The position numbers and the translations under genes were made by a program. Positions 12,701 through 29,947 of a DNA stretch of 64,000 nt are shown here, one piece after another; the stretch's first letter is position 1, and each line of letters begins with the position of its first letter. The notes under the pieces are model-generated. The model was given only the letters and a program-made list of their open reading frames with translations, was not told the origin of the DNA and did no database searches. Source of the DNA: Raillietiella orientalis. Lineage: Eukaryota. The stretch is from contig JAYWIR010000012.1 of NCBI GenBank assembly GCA_036172245.1, forward strand, positions 496,001-560,000. Direction: 5' to 3'.

Positions 12701-14479
12701 GAAGCTTTGCGGATGGTTGGATGAAAAGAAAAAGGAAAAAAGGGGTGATGGGGAAGGGAAATTTTGATCTGAATGAGAAACCGTGTTGTGAAAGCGGCTT
12801 CAAACTGGAAAAGTTCATTTTCCGTCTGTACCCACTGTGCCCACTGTGATGTGTGGCTTGGTGACCGTGTCAGCAGCAAGGGATTCGGTAAGCGCGCGGG
12901 GTGGACAAGTGTGGAAAACTTCATCTGGAACTGTGATCCCGTCTTCCTTTAATGCATGCAGCATCCCATCTGCATCATTAGTGACTATGAGTATCCTTCG
13001 TGCTCTTCCAGCGTAAGGGGGAGGAGCCAACTTGAAAATGCAACCGCCGCCACCGGGGATAGGTGAAGGAATGACGCCGTTGAGGGATAGGAGAGGCGCG
13101 CCTGATTTCTTGAAGTATAGAGGCTGCAAGATCTAAGAGTGTCCGTGGATATTCTTCCGTTTTCATTGCAGCTCAATGTCAAACTTGAGCGTTTCATGCG
13201 TCTGATTAGGAAAGGCTGCCTGATTGAGCAGTACTCAGCTGAAGAATTTGGATTGCCGTCTTTTTGACCTCAGCTCAATTCCTGTAGCCAAGCAGAATCG
13301 GTGGGTGGTGCACTGAGCGAGGAGGCACCCGAATGATTAATGAGTGTTTGTAGGGTATGAATTTTGAATATGGGCTTGAAGTATGGTTTCGCGACCTGTT
13401 GGCTAAGTTCAAAGTGAATGGTGCCAGAAGGAAGTGCGGAGTCTCAGCCTCGGGTAGTTACTTCTGATTTTCAGCTTTCGTCGTTTGACCACATGAGAAC
13501 CAATCTTCGTTTTTTGTGGCTCAATTTCGTGGAGTCTGCGGTTCCTACATAAATAAATGCCCTCCTTAAAAAACGGCATAATTTGAAATCTGTACTCGTC
13601 CCTCATATCCGTGTGAGGTGCTGCCCTCCTATGGAATGACCCCTGCAAAGTGAAACAGTGCCTTGAGGCTTTGGCGGTGATGCTCTCGATGTAAAGACTA
13701 TCGCATTTATTCTGTATTTCTGGCTGGGGGATCTCCTCCTGACAGAACCGAGTTTCCACGAAAGAGTCAGTGTCAAAAATCTGATCAAAAAAAGAAACCA
13801 TTTCAAGTCAGCCATAATATGGCAATCAACCAATCAATTAAATTACTGTTTTCTTAAAACGCTTTTGTTTTTTCGTTGTTTGGTTGTGGGGAAGGATGGT
13901 TGCTTGCCAGAAAAGGATGCAAGAATCTCACGTCAGTTTTCGGTTTTTTTGAACAGTTTCGCGATTGAAGACCAGCTGAATCGTTTACGTCCATAAATGA
14001 ATAGATGTTTGACGTGATCGGGGATTAAGGAGGTTTCGAATTACAAAATCCAGCATATCGAAAATACTCATGCTTTTGAAATAGCAGTTGTTTCCTCAGG
14101 ATTCATTAAGAGTTTGAATTTGTTGCTTCCCTCTCTAATTACTCTACAGCTGCTTTGTTTCATGTTTGGTGGATGAGGTTGCTGCACGGCAGGAGCAGGT
14201 TGCCTTCCTATCTTTTCAGAATCCCTTTGGTCCCATATTCAGCACAGACAACCCAAGAAACAGGGCGGGTGTAACGTCTTGGAAACGCTGGTGTAAAAGG
14301 TGTGTATTGGGGGGGAGGGGGAATATCAACAAAAAATGGCTATTTAAGATGTGAGATTTGGGAAATTTGAACTTATTCTTGGTGGATTTAAGGAACGGAT
14401 ACGGAAAAAAAAAATGTAAGTGTTTTTTGGAACGCACTTGAGGTCAGCAGCGAGCAAAAAGTTTTTCCGCTACTTCTTG

Positions 14480-15960
14480 AGATAGACGAAAGGCCTGGAA
14501 ATCTGTCAACGGCGCCAGTTGAGTTCAGGGATGCCCCCAGGCATCCTATAACGAGAAGTGGGTGTTCTTCGAATGATTTTCACTCATGCTTCTCCCAAGA
14601 TAATGGAGTCTTCAAAAGACACGTTTTCTCCTGTGCTTGTGCCGATATTCTCTTCACCCATGATGTGATGGCACAATTCGAACAGTCCCCGCATTAACGT
14701 TGTAACACATTACGTTGTTTAACGAGGAAAAAAAAAAACACTTGCACCAGAAATCGCTTGGATAAGAGATAGGAATAGCATGCGTTCTCCAATTTTTTTG
14801 CTACCATCCATTTACATGAGGCACATATTCGTTAGGTGGATTATTCCTGGCATTGAAAATCTCACGTAACAACTGCGGAAAGATGCAGTCTCCGGTGACC
14901 GATAATAGGGATGTTTTTGTGATCATCTGTGATCGCTGAGACTCGGCAGTCTGTGACTAGTCAGATACTCTTGATTTTCGTTTCTTACTTTGCATACGTC
15001 TCACAATCTGTTTCTCCAAAACTGCGTCTGGTTCCTTGGAACTGAGACTCTGGGATTCGATTCATCTCACGCGCATCTCGTGGCGGTCATTTCTGCATGC
15101 ATTTGGATGAATAGGTCGTAAAAATAATGGATTCGGTTACCATTCGAAATCATTTCAGTTCTGCTTCCATACCAGAATCACCTTGTTTTCTACAGTGATC
15201 CACCGAGCGCTGAGCTTCGGAGAGGACAAGGGTGCTTCCTGAAAAATGCTTGCACAAAGACATAAATTGTCTACTGCTCTCGTGATCACTTAGGGAGTAC
15301 GAATAAAATCTTGGAAACTCCAGTGTAATGTATGTCAGACAGAGAATAAGAAAATGCATTTGTTTTCATTTTCACAAGAAATTCCCCATCTGTGAAAACT
15401 TCAGCTACTTTCGGCGAAGTGAATTAGTTAGCTATGGAGATATCATCTGCGTCCTGCATCACGTCCATTTACCAACTGTTGCTGCTGTCAGTTTTATTTT
15501 CACTTGGCGAATTTTTCATGTCGATGTAAATTGTTTTAAGAGATAGTCGTTGGTGATAATGCGAAACTTCTGTTCCAAACTGGCAGCGTATATTTCCAGT
15601 CCAGCCACCAGCTTTGGTCAACACTCAATCAAGATTTCCTACCACCCTGAAGCTTGCTTGAATCCGTTTCTCATAGAGTGTATTGCCTCAGCTTCGGATC
15701 TTGAGAAATCCATTTCAGATGTTGCGTTAGAGACGCTTGAAGATCGGATATCGCCGATTTCTGGAGCTCTGAGTTTCTTCGTTCTGGAAACGACCAAAGT
15801 GCGAATGAGACAGAGCCGCGTTTAAGGTGGAGAGAAAAATCAGCATTCTTCAAAAGCTTGTTTCCTGCACCAAGCCTCGATGCCTTCCCTAGCCAGCTGA
15901 GGTGGCGATCCAGCACTGGGAGCATCTCCACAACTAGAAATCAAGTTTCCGGTGCCTGTT
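14480..15960 (-). mobile_element. Fossil non-LTR retrotransposon (CR1/L2-like) reverse-transcriptase region
   Basis: Degenerate RT motifs occur in the canonical order across frameshifts: DAPSAGSPPQLARE (cf. KAPGPDGI.P..LKE, ~15920), LKRGSV (SLKTGEVP), QASFR-GRKS (QHGFRKGRS, ~15655), IYIDM (IYLDF, ~15525), TGVS (SGVPQ, ~15320), CKHFSGSTL...QGD (CKLFADDTK...LQ.D, ~15250), and HFS..DAWGHP (FSNRVV.AWN.LP, ~14545). Confidence 0.55.
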
Positions 15961-18900
15961 ATGGAGATCCAGATGGTACGAGAAATTCCAGGGTGATGGT
16001 GACCTTGATATTTGCTTGGTCAAGAGTGTAGGCAGACTAGAGATGCCCATGATCGATAGATGTACTTTGATTGCTTTCGTTTTAGAAGCGAACATGACAG
16101 AGCGCTGTAAGCTGAAGAGGTATCACACAACTTCACAACTTGAGCTCATCATATAATTTGAAGCTTTAGAGCAGATCCGGAAGCTCAAGAAGTCAAAGAG
16201 ACTTTTACGAAATTTCCTCAAATACTCAGACTTCTGACATCTGACATACAGCTTATTGGTAATATTTTCCAAGTGCAGAACTGAAAGAAAATACTTACAG
16301 CTTCCTCAAGATGCACCGTGTGATCCTTGAGTTCAAAGGGAATCACCGTTCCCCTCTAGGACCAGCATACAATGCTCCCTCTTTGAAGGAAGGAGGTCGC
16401 TTGTACACCTCAGCCCAGCGGCGTGGGTTTCCTGCTGCTGCACGGATCGCCATATGCTGCGTGCACAGCATTGCGGTGGTTCGCATGGGATCAGAGAGTA
16501 TCCATGGGAATATGATGCTCATCGTCATATCACTCTATTATGCGAAGTGAAGGCCTCGTCTTAACTGCGGGATGAAAGGGAGCTGGAGAACATCATCAAC
16601 AAAATCGAGTGTTTCCACTTCCCTTCAGACTCTCAGCCCTGGGAGATGGACGTACTGAAATCTACATACACCCCTGGTTTTGTTTGTTGATCCTAATTCC
16701 ATTCCCTTTTTCTTCGTCCAACTTCCACATAAGGATAAATGATACATTCACCACAACACCACCGCTTGTATCGTTGCTTACCCTGAATTGTGACCGGACC
16801 TCATTATATGAAAAGAGTTGCTATTTGATGCATGTAAACAAACATCCATGTGCAAACATTGAGATGCTTATTTGTTTGATGCAAACAAATAAACATCTCA
16901 GTCAAGAGCACATGGATACTGGCAAAAATCCCTAATGCAGTCACCTCAAAGATAATGCAACCGAAGGTGCCAGGGCTGAAGTTTGTTCATCCAGCAAAGG
17001 ATAGCAAAGCGTTTCTCAAGTCTAAAGGGATTGCTGTCAATGTAGCCACATCCACGAGATTCCGTCTCAGACTTCAGCAAGAGGGACAGGAAAAGTTAGC
17101 AAATAAAATACCAGACCTTGTTTTGTAAAAATTGCTCATAATTTGATTCAATGGCTCCCCAAGTGAGGTTCTGATGGTACCAATAAAATGTCCCGTGTTT
17201 ATGTGGTATTGCTTGCTCCTGGTGATGAGACACAGAAAACGAAATATTTTTCTGTCTATACAGGTTGAGATCAGTGAGAATTTTCCCAAGAATCAGGATC
17301 GTGATCATTACGAACCGAGACTACGTGCGTGTGGGCTGTCTTATGCGTGGTTAGATTGCCAGGTTCCTGTTAGAATTTAGAGACTGCTATTTCAGTCAGA
17401 ACTCTTGATGGCTTGCTTTAACTGTTTTACAAAGCCAGACTGCAGAATTGATAAGAAGGTTATTTCTTTATATCAAAACACTAAGAAAGTAGAAAAAAGA
17501 AGAGGCATGCCATTACATTCGAACCAAAATTGGGTGAGGTACGGTAAGACATTCTGCATCTACGCGCATTCTGCACATTCTGCAATTTGTCACGATTTGA
17601 CGAAAAATAAAGAGTGCAGTCTGCACTACAGAAATGTTTCGAAAGCCATTGAAAATGCTTTTTGTCGCTGTAAGGTTGCCTTAATGGATAGTATTTGCAA
17701 TTTCTGTTTTTGCTTTTACTTGGCTCTGCAACCACCCTGAGGCTTCCTTAGCAATAAGTTTAGATTTTAGATAGGTTCTTTTTATTTTTTTCATTGTAAT
17801 ATTTCCTTTACAAGCATGTAAACAATCTTCAAAATTTTGCATTGCCTACTTCTATGAAGCTGGAACCAATGACATATTTCACATGTAATTAATTACGTGT
17901 TCGAATAGTGCAACTATTTCATGGAACAAATTATTTGAGCCATCCGCGATCTTCCTGTACTTCTATTATACGTCTTTTTGGTTACATAGGTGCCAGTATA
18001 AAACAAAATAATGGATTTTGTGATCCATCCATTTATACTCCCATGAAATGCGTTGGCTTTTTCCCCAGAAAAATGAAAATGGAGATTCTGCTCTCTGACG
18101 GACTTATACCTGGATGTTTGTGTTTGACTGCTTTCAGATGGATTTTTTAGTGAAGGTATTCCATTCTCCGTTTACCCAACAGGAAGAGCATCCGAGTATT
18201 TGCACTAAAGACATTTTCTTGCTTTTTTTTTTTTCTTCTCCTGTAGTAGCCACGTTCTTTAATGAATTTAAACGACATCCGAATGCACGAAAAGCTTCTG
18301 CTAATAATTTGGTACATATGATTGGAATGATTTGCCATTGAATTACATATTCCATTTGCCTCTCTGCAACGGTCCTGACCCATGTTCCCAGTCTGATTGA
18401 ATGATATAACAATTTGAGAACTTTGAAAATACGCTGAGGCACCAAATGTGTACACCGAGTGTGTGTACATCCAGTATCAGGTGTGCTTCAGCAGCATCAA
18501 AGAATTTGTGGCTGCTCACGTTTGGAGATGCTGGATCCAGGGATTCACGTTGTAGCGGAACCAAAGCTGCTCTCGAAGTATATTTCAGATATATTGCGAA
18601 CATTACGAAGTGAAGTCAAAAGAAGAATCAAAAGTTCAGGAAAACCGATATGTGGATGAAATTTTGTTTCTGATTTTGCGAAAAGCTTCACACACTGCAT
18701 CATGATGCTCTTGAGTATGGCTAAGGCAATTTAGACGTACCTCCGTGTAGGGAACGTTGTTTATCTTAGTCGTTGCCTTCGTGAAACGTGTAGATTAAAA
18801 TTAGAGGGAGTTATTACTGACACATTATTGCTCGCCCCTATACTATTACCACAGTGTTTTCATGTCTGCAAAAGCAGTTTTGATCATGTTTTCTTGAAAA

Positions 18901-19067
18901 GTACACAATTTGAAATTTGCAAGCCAAAGGGTAGCCCATGGCACATTTGTTGATGTGAGACTCTTGCTATTATGATGGATAAAGTGTTATTCTTGCCAGG
19001 TAGCATGAATGCTTAAATTTTTCCCATGTGAGGAGCATATCGTTTTTCAATCCAGAAGGATTATAGT

Positions 19068-22353
<3,286 letters not shown>

Positions 22354-25300
22354 TGTATTCAATTTAGATGCTGTATTATTGAAAAATGAGAATTCAGTGA
22401 TATTTGTTTCTCTAAACCATTGTTAAAACCGAGCAATGGACAATAATTATTTGTGTTCAGAAACTTATTAATTAACAGATATTCGAGAATACTACAATTA
22501 AGAGCGAATTTTTCACTTGGTTTTCACATAAAAGTCTTCCGTCTGTGAAGAGGTACTTTCCCTCTTTATGCATATGGAATTTTGGAATTAGGTCCTTATT
22601 CAATGCTGCGCATGAACACTTTTGTGTCAACCTTTCAAGCAAAGTATTTAAGATTAAACTTCAGGATCCAAGATTGCTACATTGTGGAAAACAGTTAAAT
22701 TCGAAAGTTTATGGTAACCACTTTTTTAAATTAATGTGGGAAAAGTATTTGTAAATGGAAATCCGAAATTGATAACTATTTACTGCAAACTACTCTACTT
22801 TTCCTACAATCCGAATTTACCGAGATTCCGAATTTAACTAGTGCAAGTGTTTTTTTGTGTGTGGTAGGTCTTAAGGTTATTAAATAGTCAAGGTATGCCA
22901 TATACAGTAATCTAAATTGTGCTGATTACTTCATATTAGCTGAGAGTGTGCTGATATGCTGCTTTCTGTTTACGTTTCTTTCAAAGCAAATTCTCTCTTG
23001 ATTGCTAAGTGAACAGACAACCAGATTGATCATGTAGTCTTTCCAATGAAGCTTAAGATTTGAAGACCCTTAATGATTTAAAACAATTTTGCTTCCTTGT
23101 CTTCATATTATTTAAGGATACTAATTGTATGTTTCAATTTTATATATCCATTTTTGAAAGAAATTTATGACAGTCTCTGCAGTTGTGAACTTTTAACTAT
23201 TACCGTATGTGTAGATTAGCTATGTACCTCCATAAATCAAAACTTATAAAAGTAATATGAAGAATGTTTACAATGAACGTTTTAAAACAAGACACCAGAA
23301 AAACATTTTTAGAAAAAAAAAGTTTTTTTCAAAACCCATTTAAATTTGGTTTGTAAGTTTTGTATGAGTCCGTGATCAAGAGCAAAAACTGTATTGTCAT
23401 ACTGACGTAAAAAAAAATATTTAAAGCACAAAAATCAACTGACTATCGATTTCCTTGGTCAACAGTGAAGAACTGAATTTAACCACAAATCGTAAAAATA
23501 TGCTTCTTCACCAACTGCCACTGTACTATGTATTCAATGCTCTGTGTTCACTAACTACATCCTTAAATTTTAGTTTAATGGCATCACTTCATTCTCATTT
23601 CCGCTTTATGGCTGAGGCATTTATTCCAATCTTACATGATACAGTTTGCAGCGACTGTGAGTTAAAGATTATCTTGATGCTTAATTGGAAAATTTTTAAA
23701 ATACATACATTTTGCGCTATTGAACTAAAACGTGCAAAGATCCGCAAGTTCTATACTTTAACGTATTTACCCAGATAAGTTGCATTTATTTGTTTTCTTC
23801 CAGACTAGAAGATTATTTAAATCAGTTTACAAGATTTCTTTGTTTTTGTACATCTAGACACATATTTTATGGGTAGTACACATGAATTGCATATTTATAG
23901 TTTTTGATTCCTTTTGAAGCAAATATTCAGCATATATTAAATAATGTAAAAATAGACTGAAGCTGACAATGATTGTTGGGAGCATTTTGTGCAACATCAT
24001 GCAGAATGAAACTATTGGCCATTGCAGACACAATGGTTTACATTTACGAGTTTGCTAGTTCTCTGCATAATGGTACTATCTTGAAAACGTGGAACTAAGT
24101 AAGCATAACAATTATTTTCAGGCATGACATAATGGTTTCATAATTAATTTTAAATAGGACTTTTGATGAGGACTTTTGATAATCTGATCATTTGAAAATT
24201 GAATTTAAGTAATCATTGTTACTCAGAAAATAGATTCTCATTCTTTAGAAGATTTAACAAATGCCTGAGAATTTACACAGCAGTCAAATTTCGGCATTAC
24301 CAATTTCATAAACTAGCAGACTTATGTTTATGTGATTCACATTGATGTGCCAAAATTTGCATGTGCTTAGTTCAGCATAAGAATTGCCATCATAATATAC
24401 TCACTCAACAAGAAACAACACATGAAATCATCCATGAGAGAAAATATTCTTTCCTTAAAAAATGCTTGCCAAGAGTCTCTGGATGGCAGTTTTCAAGTTC
24501 TACTTTTAGAGTTTTCCAAACACCAATGCCATGACATACAAAAATTAAGATCTGTAAGCATATGCAAATATTTTTAAATGATAAGTATTGAATCTTGATA
24601 AGTGGAAATTTAATCAATTATCCGTGTGCCACTTGAAGTTCTAAACTCTTCTAAACTCTCTTGAATTCATTAAATGATGGCCTGCTCCATCTGTTTGGTT
24701 TGGGATGTTCTTAAGTATTCAGAGGTTTCATGAATTTAAAGATTAGAAACAATCTCTATTATCAAACATATATGCATTCATGTCTAGTTGTATCTTATTT
24801 ATTTTTTTTTTACTGACATTTGCTAAGGTGCATTCAAGAAAGATATTTTTTACAAAGCACAAATATTTCAAATAGTACCACATCACATGCTGAGTATTAA
24901 TCACAGTCTTCCAATAACTAGCTCATACTTTAAAAAAAAAAACAAAAATTGATTTGGTTTCTTAGACACACCATCATAAAATTGATCCTACATTACAAAT
25001 GGAATTTTCAGCCAGCTAAATATTCTAAAGTAACAACACAATGCAGATCATGAAATTTTCAAGCCGAAATTCTTCATGACAATAGCTAATTGTGATAATG
25101 GGCAAGAATGTTTCCAAATACTGCTAATCATATTGAGTAACTGCACTTTTCATTGTTCACATGTTGTGCCATAATGAGTATATGGTTGCCCAAAGAACTA
25201 ATATGACTTCAGCTCACACTTCTATCCAATAGTGAATTCATTCTTAAAAATAGAATGACCAAGGCAGAAAGGCACTTGAACAGAGATCAAACACAAGACA

Positions 25301-27099
25301 AGAATGGAGATGATTGGAACAACATAGCATCTGTGTGCAACTGGAGAGACACCGAAGTGCAATGCTTACATGACTGTCCATGAAATGCTTACTAAAGCAT
25401 GATACAAGGTTTAGCAATGAAAATAATGAAAAAAACAGATAAGAGACAAAACAAGTAAAATAACAAAAAATACAACCCCACTTGCATGTGAAAATGATTT
25501 GAATGCACAACATATGTTAGGCATCAACAGCAAAAAATATGAAACATGACTACTCAATTTCTACTCAATTACGAGAAAAATAATGAAATTTCTAACTCTC
25601 TAATAATGTGTAACCATAATACCAACAAAAGCACAGTGCTGCCTACAGGATTTAAGATGTACCTATGTAGCAGGGCAGAAATTCATGATTTCATCACAAA
25701 ACTATTGTCTTCTCAGGGGAATATATGATCCATTTACGAAAAATAAAGGAGAAAAAGTAGAATAATCAACTTTATAAATCGAAATAAATATTTTACTTAA
25801 TGATTTATTGATAAATATACTCCAGAATTACAGTTGAAAAATGTACATCAGACTTCAAGGGCAATACAAATAGCCAGTCCAATCACCAAGAAAATGTGCA
25901 TGCTCATAAAATGAATGAATTTTCTATGTTCATAACCTAAATCTTAAATGCATACATGATTAAGAAACAGAGAAAAAAAGAAAAAAGGATTACATTAGTG
26001 CACTACATATGGCAAATAAAATTCAGGCTACATAAGTAGCCGATTTTTCTGATATAAATACGGAAAAACACCCAGAAATTTCAACTGCCAAATACAGCTT
26101 GTTGAGGAATACATCTGAGTTTTGCTTTTAAGTGCTGTTTTTCTTGGGGGGGAGGGGAGGAGGTTCAAGCCTCCGGGTTGTTTTCGAAATAAAATGACAA
26201 GTGCTTGCTCTGACAAATTTATATTTCGTTACATTATATATAAGACAGGATAATGTCTTCTAGGCCAGCTTTTAAAAAGTTTAAAGATCTATGATTACCA
26301 TTACCCACCAACCACACAATTACATTGCTTGTCCAGTATGGTTAACTACTGTGGAATATTCCAAATATAGTGATGCTTTCCTTAAAAATTGTGGTTCTTC
26401 GACGAAAATTTTCCTATTCGATTATACTTCAAGAAACCTTTATTTATGTTAGTTAATATGATAACTAGTTAACATCCTACTGATTTTATTTTCGAAATGC
26501 ATTTTCTTACATACTTTCCTGTAAAACCCAAAATGACAAAGATTTTATATTCAAACCGCACAAAACAAATGAAAAATTGAAGCCGTATGTTAGATGACAG
26601 AACATTTAATCGAAGCATTTGTTCTATTGCACTCCTTTTGGAGATCTCTGTACAGAGGAAATTTGATAGGTATACTTGGCATGTTTCCCTATTGTTTTCA
26701 CTGAGCACAAAACAGCTAAACAAAGACACGAAAAGATTTCAGCTGTTTTATGCTCCATGTTCTGTTCTGTCATGGCATAAACAAAGACATGAAATGTTTT
26801 CGTTTATCTCATGACAACACAAGAGCTCCAATGCATGTATAATGATACCATTATTCACAATACTCACTAAAACGTAATGATCAGATTCGAGGTTTTTCAA
26901 GGAAAGGTTCGAGCAAATAAGAGTCGTGAACCGAATAAACGCCGACTTCAATACCAAGTTAATCTGCCTTTGTGGAACATGTACCGTTTTCCGAATTCCA
27001 TTTCTCCTTCATGAGCCTTGTGACTTGAAAGACGAAATACTCAGCTGCATCCAAAGACGCACCGAACTGACAACCGGTAGCAAAAAATGACAGAAACCA

Positions 27100-27560
27100 A
27101 AAACGGCTGAAGGACCACCGCTTTTCCAAGGGCAGGACCTTACTGCATGCAAAGGAATGCTCCCGTGGCCACGCCACGCGTTCCGTTCCGCCCCACACAG
27201 GCCCACCACCGCCGAGCGGGATCACTACTGCGCGAAAGGACGCGCGCAACGGAGGGGCACGCTGTCACCTGGGCAACCCTCGGACGCGGAGATGTCGTCA
27301 CACCGCACAGCTGCACCGGCAGGCAGGCGCTCGCCGCCCGTCGCGGGGGAAAGTGGGGCAGTGAGTGGCGGAATGCGCGCCAGCCGTGCTTCCGTGGGCA
27401 GTGCGTGACGAGGAAACGCTGCGTGCGTAGTACATGAGTGGCTCGCAGGGGCGAGACGTGTACACGTACAAAGTTCTGTGTACAGGAGCTCTTGCCTAAT
27501 CCCCCACCCACCCACCCCCCAAAAAAGAGCCCACGAACACCATTACGTGAAGGCTGTGTG
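27100..27560. promoter_or_regulatory. CpG-rich GC island inside AT-rich DNA; probable promoter region upstream of MARCHF6
   Basis: Abrupt GC/CpG-rich patch ~2.4 kb upstream of the MARCHF6 ATG. It contains an RFX X-box-like GTCACCTGGGCAAC at 27264-27277. Confidence 0.5.
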
Positions 27561-29947
27561 TGCACACTGGTGTTTCCTTTTTGTGAGCCGAGTAATGTAG
27601 TGGTTGGTCGCCTTGTTTTTGTTTTGAAACCATCAGGAATTTTCTTCGCGATCGTTGCTGCATTTAGAAAGTGTTTGCAGGATAAACACCAGCTTGCAGA
27701 ATTCTCTTGTAACTTGGAAACGGAGTGCTCGCATTTCATGTTCAACACGTCCTTTAGGTGATTGCCGAGTAGCTTGCCATGTTGATAAAAGATTCCACGG
27801 GCTAATAGAGAAAACACTTTGCTCGAAAATTTTGATGGTGTACACGCGTGTCTGAGGGCCCTTTTGAGAGAGCACTAAGGTCGAGCTGCTATCAACGAAG
27901 CACCAAACTTAAAAACGATAAAAAGCCTGTCACTTTATTACAGTACGTTGGTAATCATCGGTAGTGTATCGTGTTGCAAACGACGTGTACGATGTGCGCG
28001 GAACTTCCTGCAAAAAGTGGTGACTTGCAAATTCAAAAAAAAATCAAATTACGTTCCTCGTACCGTTCGTGTGATTCTCCGTGAGTTGCGTTAGGAGAAA
28101 GTAAAGCTTTTCACTTAGACCAGGACACAGAAAAGTAACACTTAATAGGCTCGGTTGTTAAAGTGCTTCCCTGGGTATCCCAAATGGAATAGAGTAAAAA
28201 TGGAAGGTTTACAAGTAACTAAGCGATCGGTTAAACAGTGGATTTGATGTGTTAGTGCTTTTAGAGCAACCTTTTTTGTTTTTCCTCAGCTATCTTCAGT
28301 CAGTTAATTACTGTCGTATGAAAAATTAGCATAATTTGTCTGTAGTCAAGTCCAGGATGATAAAAAGCACCTGACCAACAAAAAAAGCATTATGTGACTC
28401 GCAAAATAGAAAGTTCATCACATCATTTATCATTAAATTTCCTTCAATCTCAAATTAGAACTTAGTAAATACCTCAAATAGCACAAACTTGTGACATAAC
28501 GTTTTAAAATACTTGTCTCTTGTGTTTATGTCTGTGATTTGGCTTTAAAATTGTAATTACCACGGCAATTTAGTGAGGCACTATTCTTAATTTGCAAGGT
28601 TGTGATGAGGGAAAAATACAGTAGCCCAGGAAAGAATATAATTGAAAGTTTCATTCGTCGTGCTCTTACTGAGCGTGGAAGTTTTGGGGAAAAAATCGGA
28701 TGAATGCTTTCATTGAACCGAGCATTATTTTGTTAAAGTCTGAGAACAGAAATGGAAATTAATGAAAAACTCAAATCATTTTCTTGTAATGAAATCTCAC
28801 TATCTTCATGATAGCATTGTGTCTGTTAGATCAAGTAATAAGTTATATAATGTTTATTTGATAATTGGTTGATTGATTTATAAATTAGTGAGACGTGTAA
28901 GTGATTATCTTTTGATAACAGTACATAACATACTTATAAACCTCAATCAGCAAATAATAATCTATTGTGAATAGAATAAGTAAATTCAGAGATGGTTTCC
29001 ATGTAAGGAATGAAGACTTGAAAGCAGTTTAAAGTTAAAGGAGAAACGATTTTGAAATTAAATGCAAGTAAGACTGATTTCTTAATAGAAAAGCATCTGA
29101 TTACATGAATAAGAGATTATTATTGATCCAATTTCAAATTCTGTCATCCTTTGCAAATGAATCCTTTATATGTGAATCAAAATTTGATATGTGTATTCTT
29201 TGCATTATTAAAATTTCCAAGTTTTCTTCATTTCCATAGACCATTTCTCCATTCTGCAATCCAAGTGCATATTCTCCAGAATGCCTCATGCATTTATCTT
29301 TGGGTTCTTGTTTCTTTTTTGATCAAATAGATTAAGATCGTATGATCATTTACTTTTTTCGACTTCTTTCACGAACAAAGATGTTTAGTGGGTTTTTTTG
29401 TGTTGGTTTTGTAGGAAATATTCATAGTTACCCTTGAAACATCGGCAGTTAACTTTAAAATGTCTACCTGAAGGCAACTTTTTTTGAAAGCATTGTTATG
29501 TGTGTATGCAGCTGATGCTGTTTCAGTCATTTGGTTTTAGGGTGTGAAAAAAAATAAAAATAAAAATATCTGTGAACATGATGTGATAAAAATTCGTTGT
29601 AATAAGCGCGCCTTTCAAAACGATTAAATAAAATAAATTGGAAAAAAACATTGAACTGATAATGATACCGGATTTTTTTTCATTGGAAAGATTATAAATA
29701 TTGCGAATATGAACATAACTTTGAATTCGATGTTCTTATTGTTTTCTGTGTACTGATTGCAAACATTTTTCATGCATTGTGCACTTTGATTTCAGCTTTG
29801 GAAATTTTACATTCAAAGAAAAAAATGTTCCATTATGTGAAAGTTTAAGCTTGAGAAGAAAAGCATTGTAGAGTATGGATCATAAACAGAAATCTAACAT
29901 AATTGGCATTGTTTTATAATTTAATGTGTTCTTGATAATTGTTCACA

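Larger units (their letters stand above)
990..13760. repeat. Old tandem segmental duplication: unit A ~990-5760, unit B ~5850-13760; unit A lacks the equivalent of ~9025-12123
   Basis: Colinear similarity by eye: 1330-2370 vs 6100-7150; 2600-4192 vs 7370-9024; 4193-5740 vs 12124-13740. Confidence 0.8.

Noticed and set aside
16290..17340. Exon-like fragments upstream of SPG7
   Set aside because: Could not be joined into a coherent ORF or matched to any family I recognise.
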